From NCBI RefSeq assembly GCF_018350175.1, contig NC_058368.1:110362001-110426000 (forward strand): a stretch of 64,000 nucleotides of DNA, in the 5' to 3' direction. Below, piece after piece: positions 36,219 to 50,165 of the stretch; position 1 is the stretch's first letter, and each line of letters begins with the position of its first letter. This DNA comes from Felis catus (lineage: Eukaryota). A program made the position numbers and the translations under genes. Under the pieces are notes generated by a model that saw nothing but the letters and a program-made list of their open reading frames with translations, had not been told where the DNA came from and made no database searches.

Positions 36219-39200
36219 CTTTTAATGAGGGACCATTCTGGAGCCCAGAAAACATCCTTTCATAATTAGAAGATTAGGGAGCCTTTTTATGAGAACACAA
36301 GTATAATCATCACACTTTATTACAAGGAATTATATACAAATTATACAATTATAAAAAAAAATGTTAAGTCCTCCCAAATTACAATACCCTACGCATCTCC
36401 TGAGGGAAAATGCATCTGTTTCTACCCAGAGGGAGGAGGGGATTCTGATTTGATAGTTTGAAGGGGATCAGGAGGGGTTAATGTCAGTAGCCACGTTTTA
36501 CTGATAAATGGATTGACTTGGTTGCTCTTGTTCTGTCCTCCCAAGTGCTGTGACGGCCACCATGCTGTAAATAAATGCCTCCTGGGCCAAGCATCATGAG
36601 CCCCAGCAGAGTTCTGTGTGGAGGCTTGAAGACTCCAAATCCCAGATTTGAGCCCCCTCTGATCCTGTGCAAAGCCATGAAAAGCATCAAGTCCTATGTG
36701 CTAGGGTGCTCTGTGGGTCTAGTGCAGGGGAGTGTGTAGGAAAGGAGACACAGGACCTGCCTTCCAAGGGGTGTCACATCCATGACTCACTGTCCCCTGG
36801 GCCCTCGGCGATTCTCATCTGTGAGCACTACAAAGGTCTGGATGCACCTCAGAACCTAAGGCTGTCTGTGGCCTCAGTGACCTGCAGATCCCTTTGCACC
36901 ACCATCCCTACCTTGTGGGAACTCGCTGGTCTCCTCTCCTCACTCAACACTCATTCACAAGACACTCACTCAGCATGTGCTATGGACCAAGCACCACCCT
37001 AGTGCTGGGTGCACTGTGGAGAAGGAAACGCCTGGCTCCCGCCCTCTTGGGGCCCAGCAGGGGCAGCAGGTGACAATCCGTGTTCTCTCCCATGGCTACG
37101 GACTCAGGAGCCCTATGCAGGGGAGGCACCCAGGGCCCCCCTCTTGCTCCATGTCCCCACTTCTCCTCTAGCATCTGTTACCATTCGTCTTGTTTTGAGC
37201 CACCTGTGTTGTGGTGTCAGGTGACTGCTGGGATCCCCAGGTCCCTCCCATCAGTAGAGGGAAGTAAACACAGCAGCCTGGCTGTGACGTTGCAGTTGGC
37301 CGACCGCGGGCCTCTTCAGTCAGCCTGCTGAGGATTCCTGTGAGGATCACCATGAACGTCGTCATAGCTACCCGCTCCTGAGCACCCACTAGCAACGTAG
37401 CCTGGCGAGCACATTCTCATCTTGCCCTCTGACTTCCAACCTCTTACCACAGTGCCTAGCAGGCTCTGGCGCCTCGCACCACAGCCAGCACCCTCACCGT
37501 GCTGCAAGTTCAAAGCACAGGGAGGCATAGCCCCTGCTGTCACATGTCAGAGGGAAAGGTGGGCTGCCCAGATATCAAAGCAGGTAGAACTTGTATTTGC
37601 CTGAAGCCATCACTTTCTTCGAGGGACTTGTAGCTCCCACCTAGGTGGCCCTCCCTGCTAAGATCAAGGAGCTCAGAGGCCCCATGCCAACAACCCAGAA
37701 TTTACAGGGCAGTGGCCACAGTAGGGATGGGGCTGAGGGCCACCACACCTGACACTCAGGTCAGACACCCACCTCGGCCACACCCTCCTCTGCACCTGTC
37801 ATGGGCAAGAGCCTCAAGCACAGCTCTGTTCCAGGACACCGCCAGGACAGCCAAGACCACAGACATCCATCTCTGCACACCAGGAGTGAGCAAAGAGTGT
37901 GGGAAAGGCAACGTGGAAGGCAAGGCTGTGAGCGGCCTCCACGGAGGTCAGCTTGGGAGGGGTTGTCCCTCCTACAGAGTAAAGCCTGCGGTCCAGGGCT
38001 TGTTTTGGGTGGCAACATCCGTGATCTGACCCAGGGTTCCTGCTCCCATCCGTTCCCCTCGGAGATAAGACCTCAACCAGAGCTCCATCTCTACTGAAAT
38101 ACCATGGCAGTCTGTGCCCTGAGTTTTACATTTAGTATCTAATTTAATCTTTGTGCTCACAGCTGCTGTGAAGTGGCTCTTACCCTCACTATGAGGACAC
38201 AGAGACACAGCTAGCACGTGGGGAGGACGACTCAGGTCTGTCTGCCTCCAAAAGCTCTTGACTTTCACACTGTCCTTCCTCCCCTCCCCACATGCTTCGC
38301 TCACTCCTGGTTGTAGGGGCTGTAAGGGAGGGGACATTTTTGGTCTTTGGCCATCCTGACTCTGTCCTGGCTCTGAGCTATGACTTAGGTTCTGCTGATG
38401 CCCTGGTGGCTGTCCTTCTGGGGCTCTGCTCACAGGACTGTGAACAGGCCCAGTTGCTGCCCCTTTCCTAGAATTCTCTGGCCTCACCTCGGCCCCTGCA
38501 GGTGCTCCCCTCTCCTCTAGGCCCCACAGCCCCTGGTCTGCACTCACCTTTTAGCTGCACTCATTTTAATTACTCATGTCCAGTTCCTCTGTCAGAAAGT
38601 CCACTGTGACCGCTGTGTTGTACATATCCCTGACATGTGACCAGCCTCAAAAGAGTATGTGTTGAGTGAAAGATCTGTTGCATATCTGCATGTGCGTGCG
38701 AGTGCAAACAGATGGGCAGATGGATGGCTTCCCCACACGGCTCCAATTCATCTGGATTAGGCAAGAAGGGCCACAGGGAGGGAGGAGAAGGAGACCCCAG
38801 CTGGGCAGCCCCCTGAGGGACGAGTACCTTCCCAACTGTTGGTGCACTAGGGGCGTGTGTGTGGGTGTGCTTGCACATGTACATACAAGGCTGTGAGGCA
38901 GCCCTTTCTGAGTCATAGCCTGGAGCCCCGAAGCCTAAATTGACCCCAAACCTGCCTCAGAGGGCCCTCTGTGGGAAAGGACTTCTGACATCCTAGCGTG
39001 AGGCTCCGGGGCTCGACAACACACACCTCAGCTGCAATGCTCAAAACACAGGACAATTAGGAGGACTTAGTAGAGGGCAGTGAGGGGGGCTTAGCAACTG
39101 CCATGGCAACTGTGGGCACATCTTTTGTGTGGCACTCTTCTTTGTCCCTGCCAGTGAATAGCAAAGGCATTACATAAGCAGCAAATGTGCTCCCTGGCAT

Positions 39201-40334
39201 ACTGATCCCGCATCACTGGCGGGCCAAGGGCCAGGAGGGACCGCCCAAGAATCCTATTCTCCCCATCCACCACCATGCGGAGGGCCTCAGGGAGCCCGAG
39301 GCAAGATCCACTCTGGCAAGCCTGGGGAAAAGCCAGCCTGCCCAGTTAGGCACCCCCTCAGCAACCTCTCGGCCATCTACAGTGGACAGTCTAGTGCCTC
39401 GCCCCTGCCCCAGACCATGCTGGTGTCTCTCCCCCAGAACAGGCACATTCAACCCCTGTGCTCAGAAGCTATGGGAAAGATGGTTACCGCTCCCCTCCCC
39501 TTCCCTGATCACATGAATTTATCAAGAAAACCCAAGACACATCAACAGCTAATGAGGAGTGAAAACTGAAGCCCCACTTGTCAGAATCTCTTTCTTTTCA
39601 ACAGGCTGAATTTATAAACTCAATTGGAAACAGACCCCCTCCGGGATGACACAGAGTTCCTCAGCCAGCGCTGTTGTGCCTGGCCCTCAGAGGCTTGAGA
39701 AAGTGAAAGCCAGCTGCCTGTGGCCCCAGGGAGGGTCACCATGCTCCAGACCACGTGGAGGCCATGCACCAGCACGGCCTCGTGAAGTCACCAAGACGCC
39801 AGAAAGAGCCGAGATACGCCACAGCTCCTTCCCTGCTTGAGAACAAGTGGCTCATCACACCCTCCCAGCATCTGTCCCTGTCACCGAGGGAAGAAAAGTT
39901 TTCCAAAAAGGACAACTCCAAGCCTTTCCCTTCAGTGTAAAGCTGGAGTTCTATTACTTTCTTGAAAACAATCTCTTTCCTTTCCTGTCCGCTTATCTCA
40001 ATGGGCACTTATTAAGCACCCACTTGTACATGGTTCCACAGAAGAAACCAAACAGGGGGGAACAGTATGTAACCCCAGACTGTCAAAGTCAAAGCCACAG
40101 AGAGGAAGCAATAACTTCATACCTTTACTATAACTCACACCCTCCTTGCTTCCAGGAAGTGTTCAGGCAGTATTAAGGAGAACATCAAGGGAATGAAAGG
40201 CACACTGTTCCAGAAGTGAGAAACTTCCAGAGAGAGCAGAGAGCATCCTTACTGAAGGGCTGGACCCTACCTAATAGATGTCGGGGAAAGAAAGAGGGAC
40301 AGATGCAGACAATCAATGAAGAATAAGGTGTAAA

Positions 40335-40550
40335 TTCACAAACCTTCCTCCAAATCTCAGCTCTGCCACTTACCAGCTGGGTGACCGTGGCCAAGGCACT
40401 TAGCCTCTCTTAGCCTCCTTTCTCTCTTCTGTAAAACGGTCATAAAAACATTACTACATGATGGAGGGGCTGTGACTGTCACAAGCGATCATGCCTATAG
40501 CCTGTGTGGCCTAACACTCACAGAGTCAGTATGTGGAAAGTAGCTTCATT
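40335..40550 (+). mobile_element. MIR
   Basis: caaatctcagctctgccacttaccagctgggtgaccgtggccaaggcacttagcctctct..ctgtaaaacgg. Confidence 0.8.
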
Positions 40551-41294
40551 AGAAGATATTAGGAAGGAGAGAAGGTCCCAGGTCTGTCCTCAAAAGCTCC
40601 TGGAGAACCCTCAGCTCTAGATCTACTCAAGAGGATGTCCAAAGTTCCTTCCTCGGCTGGAGGGGTGACCAATGCCAACAAGGTAGACTGAGGCTCAGGG
40701 AGGCCAGGCTGTGTTTTCATGAGATCCGGTGTGTCTCCCTCAAAGGAGACAAATCCACAGCCTGCACGCACAGAGGGAGGCTTCTCTTCAGAGGGAAAGA
40801 TTTATTCCTGGGGCCATGGCATTAATGGCTCTGACTTCTCCTTTCCTGGGTACTGGTGACGAGATCAGTGCCTCGAGGGACAGAATCTTAACTCAGAAGA
40901 AAGGCAGCTAGTGGTGTCCCAGAGACCTGAGACCTAGTGGGACCCAGGATCCCAGAGCTCAGCCTCTGGATCAGCCTTTTCCTCTCTGAGGGGGAAGGGC
41001 AGGACATATAGAACAACTAAGAGAAAAGGAAAAGGACTCACCATGATGTCACTCAGGCTCACCAGAGTCCCAGGCAAGGCCCGAAGAATCCATGTTGGAT
41101 TCCACTTGCTCCAGCAAGTGTATTGAGTACAAGTGGGTGCTTAATAAGTGCCCCAGGCCCACTGGGGCCTGGGAGGCTGAGAGGGAGCCAAATCGATTGG
41201 AATCAGCCTCTACCCATAAGTCAGGGATCCCCCTCTGCTACCAACAGCGTTAGCATCAAAATCTACCCTGAGGAAAACTTTACCCACACAGAAA

Positions 41295-41440
41295 ACAAAA
41301 CTCTGAGTGATTATTATATGCCAGGAACTGAACTATGCTTCTTTCATCTGATCCTCCCTACTACTCCGCAAGGTTGCTATTCGTGCTTCTATTTGTTTCA
41401 CAAAAAAATGGAGGCGCCAAAGAGTTATTTGCCCAAGGAC
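41295..41440 (-). mobile_element. MIR truncated by an LTR
   Basis: tattatatgccaggaactg..catctgatcctc..aaatggaggcgccaaagagttatttgcccaagg. Confidence 0.65.
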
Positions 41441-41850
41441 GCTGTGCTAGTCTGTTCCTACTGAATAACAGATAACTTCAAAAAATCTCAGGGCCTTATA
41501 AGAATAAAGATTTATTTTTTCAGTCTGCAGGTTGGCTACAATTTGGCTCATCTAGTCCAGACTCGGCCACACCAGACTGGACTCCAGACTCCCGGTCAGA
41601 TTTGCATCTGCCCGTGTGGGTTTTCATTCTGTGGTCTATGCTTAAGGACCAGCATCCTCCGAGGGAGCTTTCCAAATGTCAGATCACGTAGCACAGGAGA
41701 GCAAGCCGACTGAAAGCAGCGCACTGAAAGCTTCTGCTCACATTATGTTCACTAACAGGGCAACGGCCAAGCCAAGTATCCCTAACGGTGGTCAGGGAAG
41801 TGGGTACTCTGCCTTGCCAAGGACATGGATATATAATTCTATCCCAGGCT
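41441..41850. mobile_element. MLT1 (H/I-like) LTR
   Basis: ctgaataacagataacttcaaaaaatctcagggccttataagaataaagatttattt..gcaggttggct..aaagcttctgctcacattatgttcactaaca..ggccaagcc. Confidence 0.6.
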
Positions 41851-41914
41851 GGAGGGCAGACCCCAGACAATACCTCAGTCTATGGCGGTCACAGCTCCCA
41901 AGGGGCAGAGACAA

Positions 41915-42100
41915 GAGGCGAACCCAGGAAGCCCATTCTCCTCACTGATCTGCTATTGCAGTGACCATGTGACCTCCATGAAGTCACTTCACCTCTCAGG
42001 GCCTCAGTTTTCTCATCCACACGCTGGGTACAGCATGACCTACGCTGCTGGGCTTTATAAGGATCCAAACGAAGTGGTGTGTGAAGATTCCTTGAAGGCA
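41915..42100 (+). mobile_element. MIR
   Basis: gtgacctccatgaagtcacttcacctctcagggcctcagttttctcatc. Confidence 0.7.
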
Positions 42101-42614
42101 TCCAGTGGTACAGTAGGAAGAACTCCGAGCCCTCGTTTGGAAATTTCATGGGATCGTGACTCTCCTCCAGACATAGACGGTGTCAGAATGACAAAATGGC
42201 AGAGCTGCCTCACAACCTTGAGAAGGATGGGCTTCTCTTGACAGTTTAGACACAGAGTGGTCCTTAGGCACATTTCGTGTCAATGAGAAATGCCCATGTC
42301 TGTGTCATGATTACGACTACTGTCAGGGCTCGGCTTTACGGAGGACACTCAGGACTGATTGTGAAAGCCAGGTGAGCGCCTGGTCAGAGAAGCACACACT
42401 TCTTCAGTTTCTCTTCAGTTCTCCCGCGCACATCCTCTGATTAGTACATTTTGACATTCTGCTGCCCGATCAAAATAATAGCAGGGATCAAACACATAAG
42501 TGGGAACGAAAGCAGAATTGCAAAAAGCACAGAATCGGTCACCAAGCACACACGGCAGAACATGTTTGCATGTTTTTCCCGGCAGAACGCCTGAGCTCAC
42601 CCCCACTCCATTCC

Positions 42615-42830
42615 ACAGACAATGGCTAGGAGCACAGGTTCTATGGCATCAGTGTCTGGGTTCAAGGGCAGCCTCCCTCTCTTACTAGTTTAACCACTCT
42701 GAGCCTCAGTGTCCTTATCTATAAAAGGGGAGCAATCACAGAACCTACATCACAGACACTGTGAGGATTCGACAGGGATGTCTATGTCAAGCGCTTACCA
42801 CATGACCCGGCATGCAAGAAAGGCTCAGGA
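42615..42830 (+). mobile_element. MIR
   Basis: tctgggttcaag..taaccactctgagcctcagtgtccttatctataaaagggg..gtgaggatt..aagcgctta. Confidence 0.8.
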
Positions 42831-43889
42831 AACTCGGCCTTTGTCCTTAGTACCCCTCCACCCCTTGACAGGCATCCCCACACCATCCCTCCCAGGGACT
42901 CTTCGCTAACTCTTGTGGAGGTTCTAGGAAACAGATACCCACATGTCCCTGAGGAGCATTTTAGTACTGAGCACACATCACTGCAATCTGATTTTAGGCA
43001 TCGCTGTGTAAACATATGACCCTTTAATTCTATTTCAATTCAATTATGCAAATCCAATCACACGTTCAGCATTAAACTATTCCTCTTTCCTCTCAAAACC
43101 TACCCACCGATGGCCAACTGAACCTGCAACTACCAATTCTGTGCTCAGAGGGAGCAGCACCCTAGCATCTTAAGTGTGAGAACTGGAAGATGAAATCACT
43201 CTCCAGCCTAAGCCCAGAGCCAGGCTGGCAGCAGGTACTGAACACGCATGCTGATGGCCTGGCGGCCCAGAACGTCAGGGCAGATGACAGCGACAACGCT
43301 CTCCCAGGCCCCTTCACTTCTGTTCCATGTGGCCCCAAGAGGCCAGAAGGGCCCCCAGGGCCTCTCTGTGTGGGGAAGCAAGAGGGGGTCACTAGAAATG
43401 GGCACAAGTATGGGACCTCATTCTCCATTTATCCCCCAACACAGCTCACCAGTTGCCTGTTCTATATACTGGGGTCCCATGGAAATCTTAGCGTGGAAGA
43501 AAGGGTGCTTGGTGCCTTTATTTATTTAAGCAGGTAGTTTACTCTATGCTACAATCCTTGTTCTAGAAGTGGGAAAATAGAGGTCCAAGGAGGGAAAGCA
43601 GTTAGGTAAGAATCTCAGAAAGACTGAGAGCCAGAGCCACAAGGGGAATCTAGAGCCTGGCTCCCACTCCAGGAGAGCTGGGTTACCAGAGCTTCCTTCG
43701 AAGCACACAAACAGGGAAATGACATGCCAAGGCTCCGTGCTCTGTCTACATGGGGACAGGGACAGTAGGGGCTGCGGACAGAGCAGCCAAGGAAGAACCA
43801 AGATGGAGCCGTGTCACGCCTGTTCCCACAGCAGAGAGGCCCCGTGGGCAGGAGAGCCAGGCCGGCAGTGAGCACAGGAGGCCTGCAGT

Positions 43890-44165
43890 CTTAATATGAC
43901 CTGTCTTAGCTTATTAACAGGAGATGGATAATATCTGACAAATGACAGGAGATAAATTGTTAAGCAATATGCAAATATGCCTGCAGCAGAAATGGAAAAT
44001 TACTATACAGTAAAAGCTTTTATGGCTGCAAGAAAATTCAGAGGTAATTTGTCTCTGCGTCTCCTCCAATTCCAATCTTGCTGTTAGCCGCGGCAGAATG
44101 CTACATCCGTTACCATTCCAATTAGATCATTATAAAGGGGCTCCCGCATAGACATCAACTTTGAG
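43890..44165. promoter_or_regulatory. Candidate conserved enhancer
   Basis: AT-rich unique block inside GC-rich DNA. Octamer at 43969-43976, TGACA/TGACAG MEIS-type motifs at about 43936-43948, several TAAT/ATTA cores. Function is inferred only. Confidence 0.45.
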
Positions 44166-46504
44166 GTGCCAAGGAAGAAAAGACATTTACCAGGCCACGG
44201 TCAGGCCCAGCCACAGCCTCCCAGGGTTCTGTCCTTCTGTCTCTGCACTATCATTTAGACAAGAGCCAAGATTCCACACCCAGGCCCACCTCTGCCAATC
44301 ACACCCCCTTCCATTTACGATCATCCAGCAGGCTCTGCTGGCTGTGTTCTTCCCCAGACACTTCTGCATGACAAGGAGTGCAAAAGACCACAGTTGGCCC
44401 CAGCCAGACCCGGGGGCCAGCAGGATGGAGGAGGGGTTGGTACCTGGGGAAACCTGCAGACAGGAGATGGAACCGGACGTGAAAGAAGATCTCAGGGCCC
44501 CTGTGGGACCCTCACACACAGCCTCAAAGTACAGAAAATGAGACATGAGGCTCTGCAGAATCAGGGCACGAAAAGAAGGTCAGGAAGTCGGTGAGGGCCC
44601 TTGGCTTGCAAGCCTGGTGGACTTCCTGAGAGGGAGGCCCCGCAGAGGAATGGATACAGGGAGGGCAAGGGAAGCTGCCTGGGGCCCAGCAGAGCCACTG
44701 CTTCCTCAGGTCACACAACTAGCACAAGGGCAAGATCTTCTCTCTCCTCCATTCAGGCTCCTTGTTCTTCCGCTGAAAGACGACAGAGGAACAAAGTTCC
44801 AAGGCAAATCACTTTGTTTGAAACACACTTGTAGGCAGCCGCTGCCTACAACAGAGATGGTGGCTGGGCTGTCCCAGGGGGAGGGCAGGGCACAGAGGTT
44901 CTTTACCACCACCAGAGCAAAGCCCTTGATGAGCAGAGGAAGGGGCCTCTCTGCCTCTCCAGACCACCTGCAGGCACACCACGCTGGAGGGGGGGCAGGC
45001 GACAGGTGGGAGCTGCAGAGCCCATCCAGGCCCGTTCAGCAGGATGGGAAAATGACCCTGAGAGAAGAGAACAGACCCTGGGCTGAGGCGGGCAGCACTG
45101 CCTGAGTGTGGCAAAGACAGGCAAAACACACAGATGAGCCCCATGAATGGAAATATGAGGAGAGCTCAGGAAAAAGCTGCATCTGCATGATGAAGGGGAA
45201 AACAGGGGCATTCAATCCCATAACTAACTTATTTGAAGGTATTCGTCCGTTCATTCATGCATTCATTCGATTTTTTTGGCTTACCATGCCAAGAAATTGA
45301 TTTAACCAACAGTGTCAACTGGCAATTCTGAGATCCTGTAGGCACAGCCCTCTGATGCAGAGCAGGGTCAGTGGAGAACCAGGAGACCAAGCTCATGAGA
45401 CTCCTGTATCTCTCTACAAGTCAAGGCCAGGCAAGGGGTGCAGCATGCCGGTCCTGAATCCTGGATTCCCACCAAAAGGGCAACAGGAATAAGGCTGTTC
45501 CTGACCCATAGCAAGAAGCATCCAGGCAACGCCCACATGCAGCCAGGGGCATCTCATGATCCAAATTTACAGCAGCTTGGGGCGCCCTTCCTCCAGGAAG
45601 CACGCCAGCTTGGCATGGTCACACACTGTCACCAATGCCACAATGACCACCTGCCAGGCATGATGTCAGGCTGGTGGCATGCTGGATCTGAGTGACATAC
45701 CCATCAGGGTTTATCTGTGAGCCATGAACACAAAAAGGTATCTGCTCACTCCCTGGGAGTTATAACTTCAGGTGACAATGCATTCTTTCTGTGGGACTAA
45801 ATTGCACAGGCACCCAGATACTTGCTAATGCACCAGAGGCCCGAGGTGGGATGTGAAGGTTAGTGGAATGTGTGTTTCACACATGAACTCTAGCCATGTT
45901 TGCAGAAATGACAAAGAGGCTGCCTACAGGCTCCACACACCTCCTTCTCCAACAGGGGCCTTGCCTCCCACACGCCCTGGCCACCACCAGGCTTCTGTGT
46001 GGGTCCCATTCTCCTCCTGGCCCTGGAGCTGCCTTGGTTGGGTCACAAGTACCCCTCATAGGATCCGGGCTGATCCTGCAGGGCTCCTGCTGGAAGGTTC
46101 ATCAGGAGCAAGCCAGGTATGTGGGGTTGCAGCCACAGAAACCAATCCCTGCCTGACCAACAGCCTCTGTCTTTTCTCTATACCTGCTATCAGTCCCCTG
46201 AGCCCCACCAGAGCCTTCACCCATGTCGTCACCATCTCCCTTGCACTTTTCAGGGTCCCAATCAAGTTTCCCCTCTTTCAGAAACTTGACTCAGACACAT
46301 GCACACACCCACACACCAGGTAGCTCTGGCACTTCTAGCTATTTGCATCGTCCACATGGTGAGGAACCTCAAGTGCAGTGTTTCTGTTTCCTTTCTCCTC
46401 TGTGTGCTCCTGTCTTGCATGTGACCTCAAGGCAGGGCCTGGGCCCCCTTCAATCGTGCTCATGACATCTACCAACAGAGTAGGTGTCCAATAACACTGC
46501 ACCG

Positions 46505-46750
46505 GGAAGGCTGCATGTATAACAGTTAAAAGCACAGAATTTGGAGACGCCCTTCCTGTGTGATCGTGGATATGTTAATCTCCCCGAACCCCATCTGCTA
46601 AACAGGAATAATCGTACCTATATAGTAGGATTGTTGCGATGGTTAATGAAATACATCCAAAGTATTTAGCACATAGGGCCTGCTTTACATGTAGCATTCA
46701 AGAAATGGTATCTATCACTGTGCTTATAATTACTTGTGTATCATCATTAC
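46505..46750 (+). mobile_element. MIR
   Basis: acagttaaaagcacagaatttggag..ccccatctgctaaacaggaataatcgtaccta..ggattgttgcgatggttaatga. Confidence 0.7.
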
Positions 46751-48820
46751 CATCAATAATGGAAAGTTGATAATATGGGGCACAGTCAGGAAAAGAGTGT
46801 TCTGGTTATCATCTTGGTTAAAAGAAAGTTATCAGAGTGGCCACACTAGAATTACTAATTTTTCAAGGACTAGAGTAACATCTACAACACACACGTTGAT
46901 GAATCTGAAGGCATTTAGGACTCTCCTAAGGCTTCTGGTCACCTCTTATGCTGGGAAGTTTCACAAATGTCACCCAATAGAGCTTTCTGACTGCTGGAAG
47001 ATTTCACCCAACCTTCGCTGTGTGAATTACAGACTTGTACATACATAAATACTCACGAACACGTACTTCCAGCCAGCCCCCTTCTGCGTGGTTTTTCTAC
47101 CTGCACAGCAGCAATGGGGTGGCTTAACCCCTCCCTCCTGGGGTCCCACAACCCTCAAGTTTGGAAACCATGGCATGCTGCTCAGGGGAAGGAGGACACG
47201 AAGCAATGCAGAGAAGCCTCCAGCCAAAAAGCAAATGCCCTGGTCCTCTGGCACCTACCAGGTCTCCCTCAAGCCCCTGGGAAGCCACAGCCCACCTTGG
47301 AGAGCCAATTTCCCCCATCCAGGTGAGAAGGTGCAGGGTGGCCTGGGAGCAGCAAACAGGGAAAGGCACAGTCTCACAATGCATCATTTTCAGCTCATAA
47401 ACACACTGTCATTCTCTCCAGCAGGAGCTAAGCCTCCGTGACTGTCCCAAAGTTTAGGTGTATTTCCCTTTTCACAGAGAAGGGTGTCAGGACTACATGA
47501 GCGCCCATTCAGTAGCAGATCTGGGCAATCTGCTGACTCACTCTCTTTCCTGCCGCCGCCCTCCTGTTCCCTAACCCGATCCTGATTTGTTTCAATGACA
47601 GGGATGATTTGGTGCCCCTGTTCCTCCAGCATCCTGCCCGTGAGCAGTTGCCTCGCTCCCCGGCCTGCTGGAAGCTCCCTTCTCGCTGACGCCCTGCCCA
47701 TCACAGACAGGAGAGGTTTGCTCATATGGCCCAAGAGGCGAGGGCTAATGAAGCCCACAAAATCCCCTAGAGCTGGGGAGCTGCCGCTGACATTTCAAAA
47801 GGTCAATCAATCACGCTACTTCATGGAACGTAATCATCTCCCAGGACCTAAATGCAACAATAAAACCAAATAATGCCAAACACTCGGGGAAAATGAATGA
47901 TGCTCACGCAGGAGGAAGTCTACATATAGTTGGCTTGTAAAACGTCCCCAGCCTGGTCCAGGCTGAAGGGCCCTGGAGCCAAGAGCTCGGGACTTGAACC
48001 CTGCCTCTGCTGTCAGCAGAGAGGACGCCTTTCCTCCCTCTGCACCTGAAGAAGTGACCTGGATTTGGGATACATACTATAAGGACTCACCAGAAGTTTC
48101 TCTAGAAGAGGAAGCATGAGAGGTCAGAAGGAATGCCACAGAAGTCACAGCACACCCCGGAAAGGTGGGTCCGAGCTGTCCACACCGTGGAAATGTGGGT
48201 CCGAGGACAGCTCTCGGGATTGCAGCTCACTGTGGGGCGGGGAACAGCCTCAGACCAAGTGAGGAACCATTAAGCCTTGCTTTCCATGAGGCTGTGAGAG
48301 CCAAGGGACGTGGCCTCCCAGGCAGATGAAAGGCAATCATTTGCTTCAGAAAATACGACCCGCCCCCCACAGCCCCTGCCCATTCCTCCTTCTTTCTGGG
48401 CTTTTATGGAGACAGAAACTACGCCTTGGACCGTACCTCTGAAACTCTGCACAGCGGCCTCCCTCCTGGGAATCCGCAACAAGCCGGGTGGGGGGTCTCC
48501 AGCAAGGGCCTGCCCTACCCCGTGCCTGACACCAAGCTGAGTGTGCCTGGCCGTTCTTCAGGACCCTGCCTTGGCTCACCAGAGATCCTGCCGTCTCCTG
48601 GCCACAACTGCCCCTCCCCTTCCTCACCTCCCCCTCTACCTCCTTCCTAACCCTACGCGGGGCCTGTGGGACTCTCTTCATTATACCCCCTCCTGCCCGT
48701 ACAGCGCCCTCACCTGGCGGCTTTCCTCTTCCTCCTCTTGCACTGACTGTTGGCTTCCCCACCCCCCACTGGAACTCTGTTCTCTCCCTGAAACTCACAT
48801 AAACCTGCCCCCTACTCTGA

Positions 48821-48985
48821 CCAATGGCTGTCACCTGGGCAGCTCATTAGACTCACCAGAGGAGCTTTTAAAACTCAGTGCACAGGCCACATCCCAGACC
48901 AATTACAGCAACCTCTCCAGGTGGAGCCAGGCATCCATCCGTTGTAAAACTCCACAGGGGGGGCATAGCCAGCCCAGCAGCTCCC
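48821..48985. mobile_element. MER5A-like hAT-Charlie DNA transposon fossil
   Basis: cattagactcaccagaggagcttttaaaa..ggccacatcccagaccaatta..tctccaggtggagccaggcatc..aaactccacagg. Confidence 0.7.
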
Positions 48986-50165
48986 AGCGTGGGCTCAGCC
49001 AGCGGTAAGGTTACAAAATAGGCCCCACTCGCTTCCTCCTGAGAGCTTTGACTGCAGAACCCTCCCCTGGTCCAGGCTTCAGCCCCTACCCCCCACCCCC
49101 CGCCAGCCCTCAGAGGAGGCGTCCCTGCTTAGAGCTCCTCATTCCCAGCTTGCCCCGTCTGTGCTCCCATAGGCTTGTTTGATTGTCGGGTTAGAAACCT
49201 GTCTGTGGGTTCCTTGACAGCTAGAAATGTGTATCCTCAATGCACAGAACAGAGCCTGGTGTGCAATATGTCCATAAATAGCTATGGGGTAGAAAGAAAA
49301 GAGGGAAGGAAGGGGGAAGGAGAGCAAGAAATTCAGTTCTTTAAAGACGTGGAGGTGATGTCCAGGTGATTTCACTCCTCTCTAAAATAGGTGGTTTGCA
49401 TTTATTTGGACCTTGGTCACAGACCCTTCCAGGGAGGTTTTCTGGCAATGCCCTTCTCACCTCCTCAGTGCCCTGCTCTGGCACCCCTCCACCTGTGGGT
49501 AGGTCTCTGCTCTATTTCCAAGGGTGAGGGGCTACAGTAGGGGCCACATCCCCTGCAGCCCGTCTTTGGATATTTGCCCTGATTACCCAAGAGCCACATC
49601 ATTGCTGGACTGACACTGAAGCAGACCTACGGGCCCGACCACTACCCCTCCTGGCCCCGGCCACTGTCCTGCTCCCCTGTACAGGCCTTGCGCCACAGCC
49701 CGCTAGCTGTACCTGGCCCATAGGACAGGCCACGAGACCGCAGAACAGGGACTGGGCATGACCCCGCTTTCATGCTCCCCAAGCACAGAGCTCTGTGTCC
49801 TGCATCATCGCCTTTGGTTATTCTTACCTTTTACAACTTGGGAACTCACCCATCTGGCCCAAACTTGGGGCGGGGGGTGGGGGGTGGTGGGGAAGTGTTC
49901 GCCTTCATCTGGGTTTCTCTGAGATGGGGTTTGTGGAAAACTGGAGTCAGCCTTAATTTCCAGAAGAAGAAAAGCTGGCAAATGTTCTCTGCTTCAAAGG
50001 AAAACCAGTGCCATGAGAACATGGCCTGAGGGGTGGTGTTCACCATGACATTTGCCCCCAGCAGCCCCTGGCACGCTATAGGCACTCAATATATATTACC
50101 CATCATTATTGATGATAGTATCAATCCATAACAAACTTCCCAGAGCATTAAAAAGGGACACAACA

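Noticed and set aside
41557..41600. Three CCAGAC (SMAD-element-like) motifs
   Set aside because: They lie within an MLT1 LTR, and such short motifs are uninformative alone.
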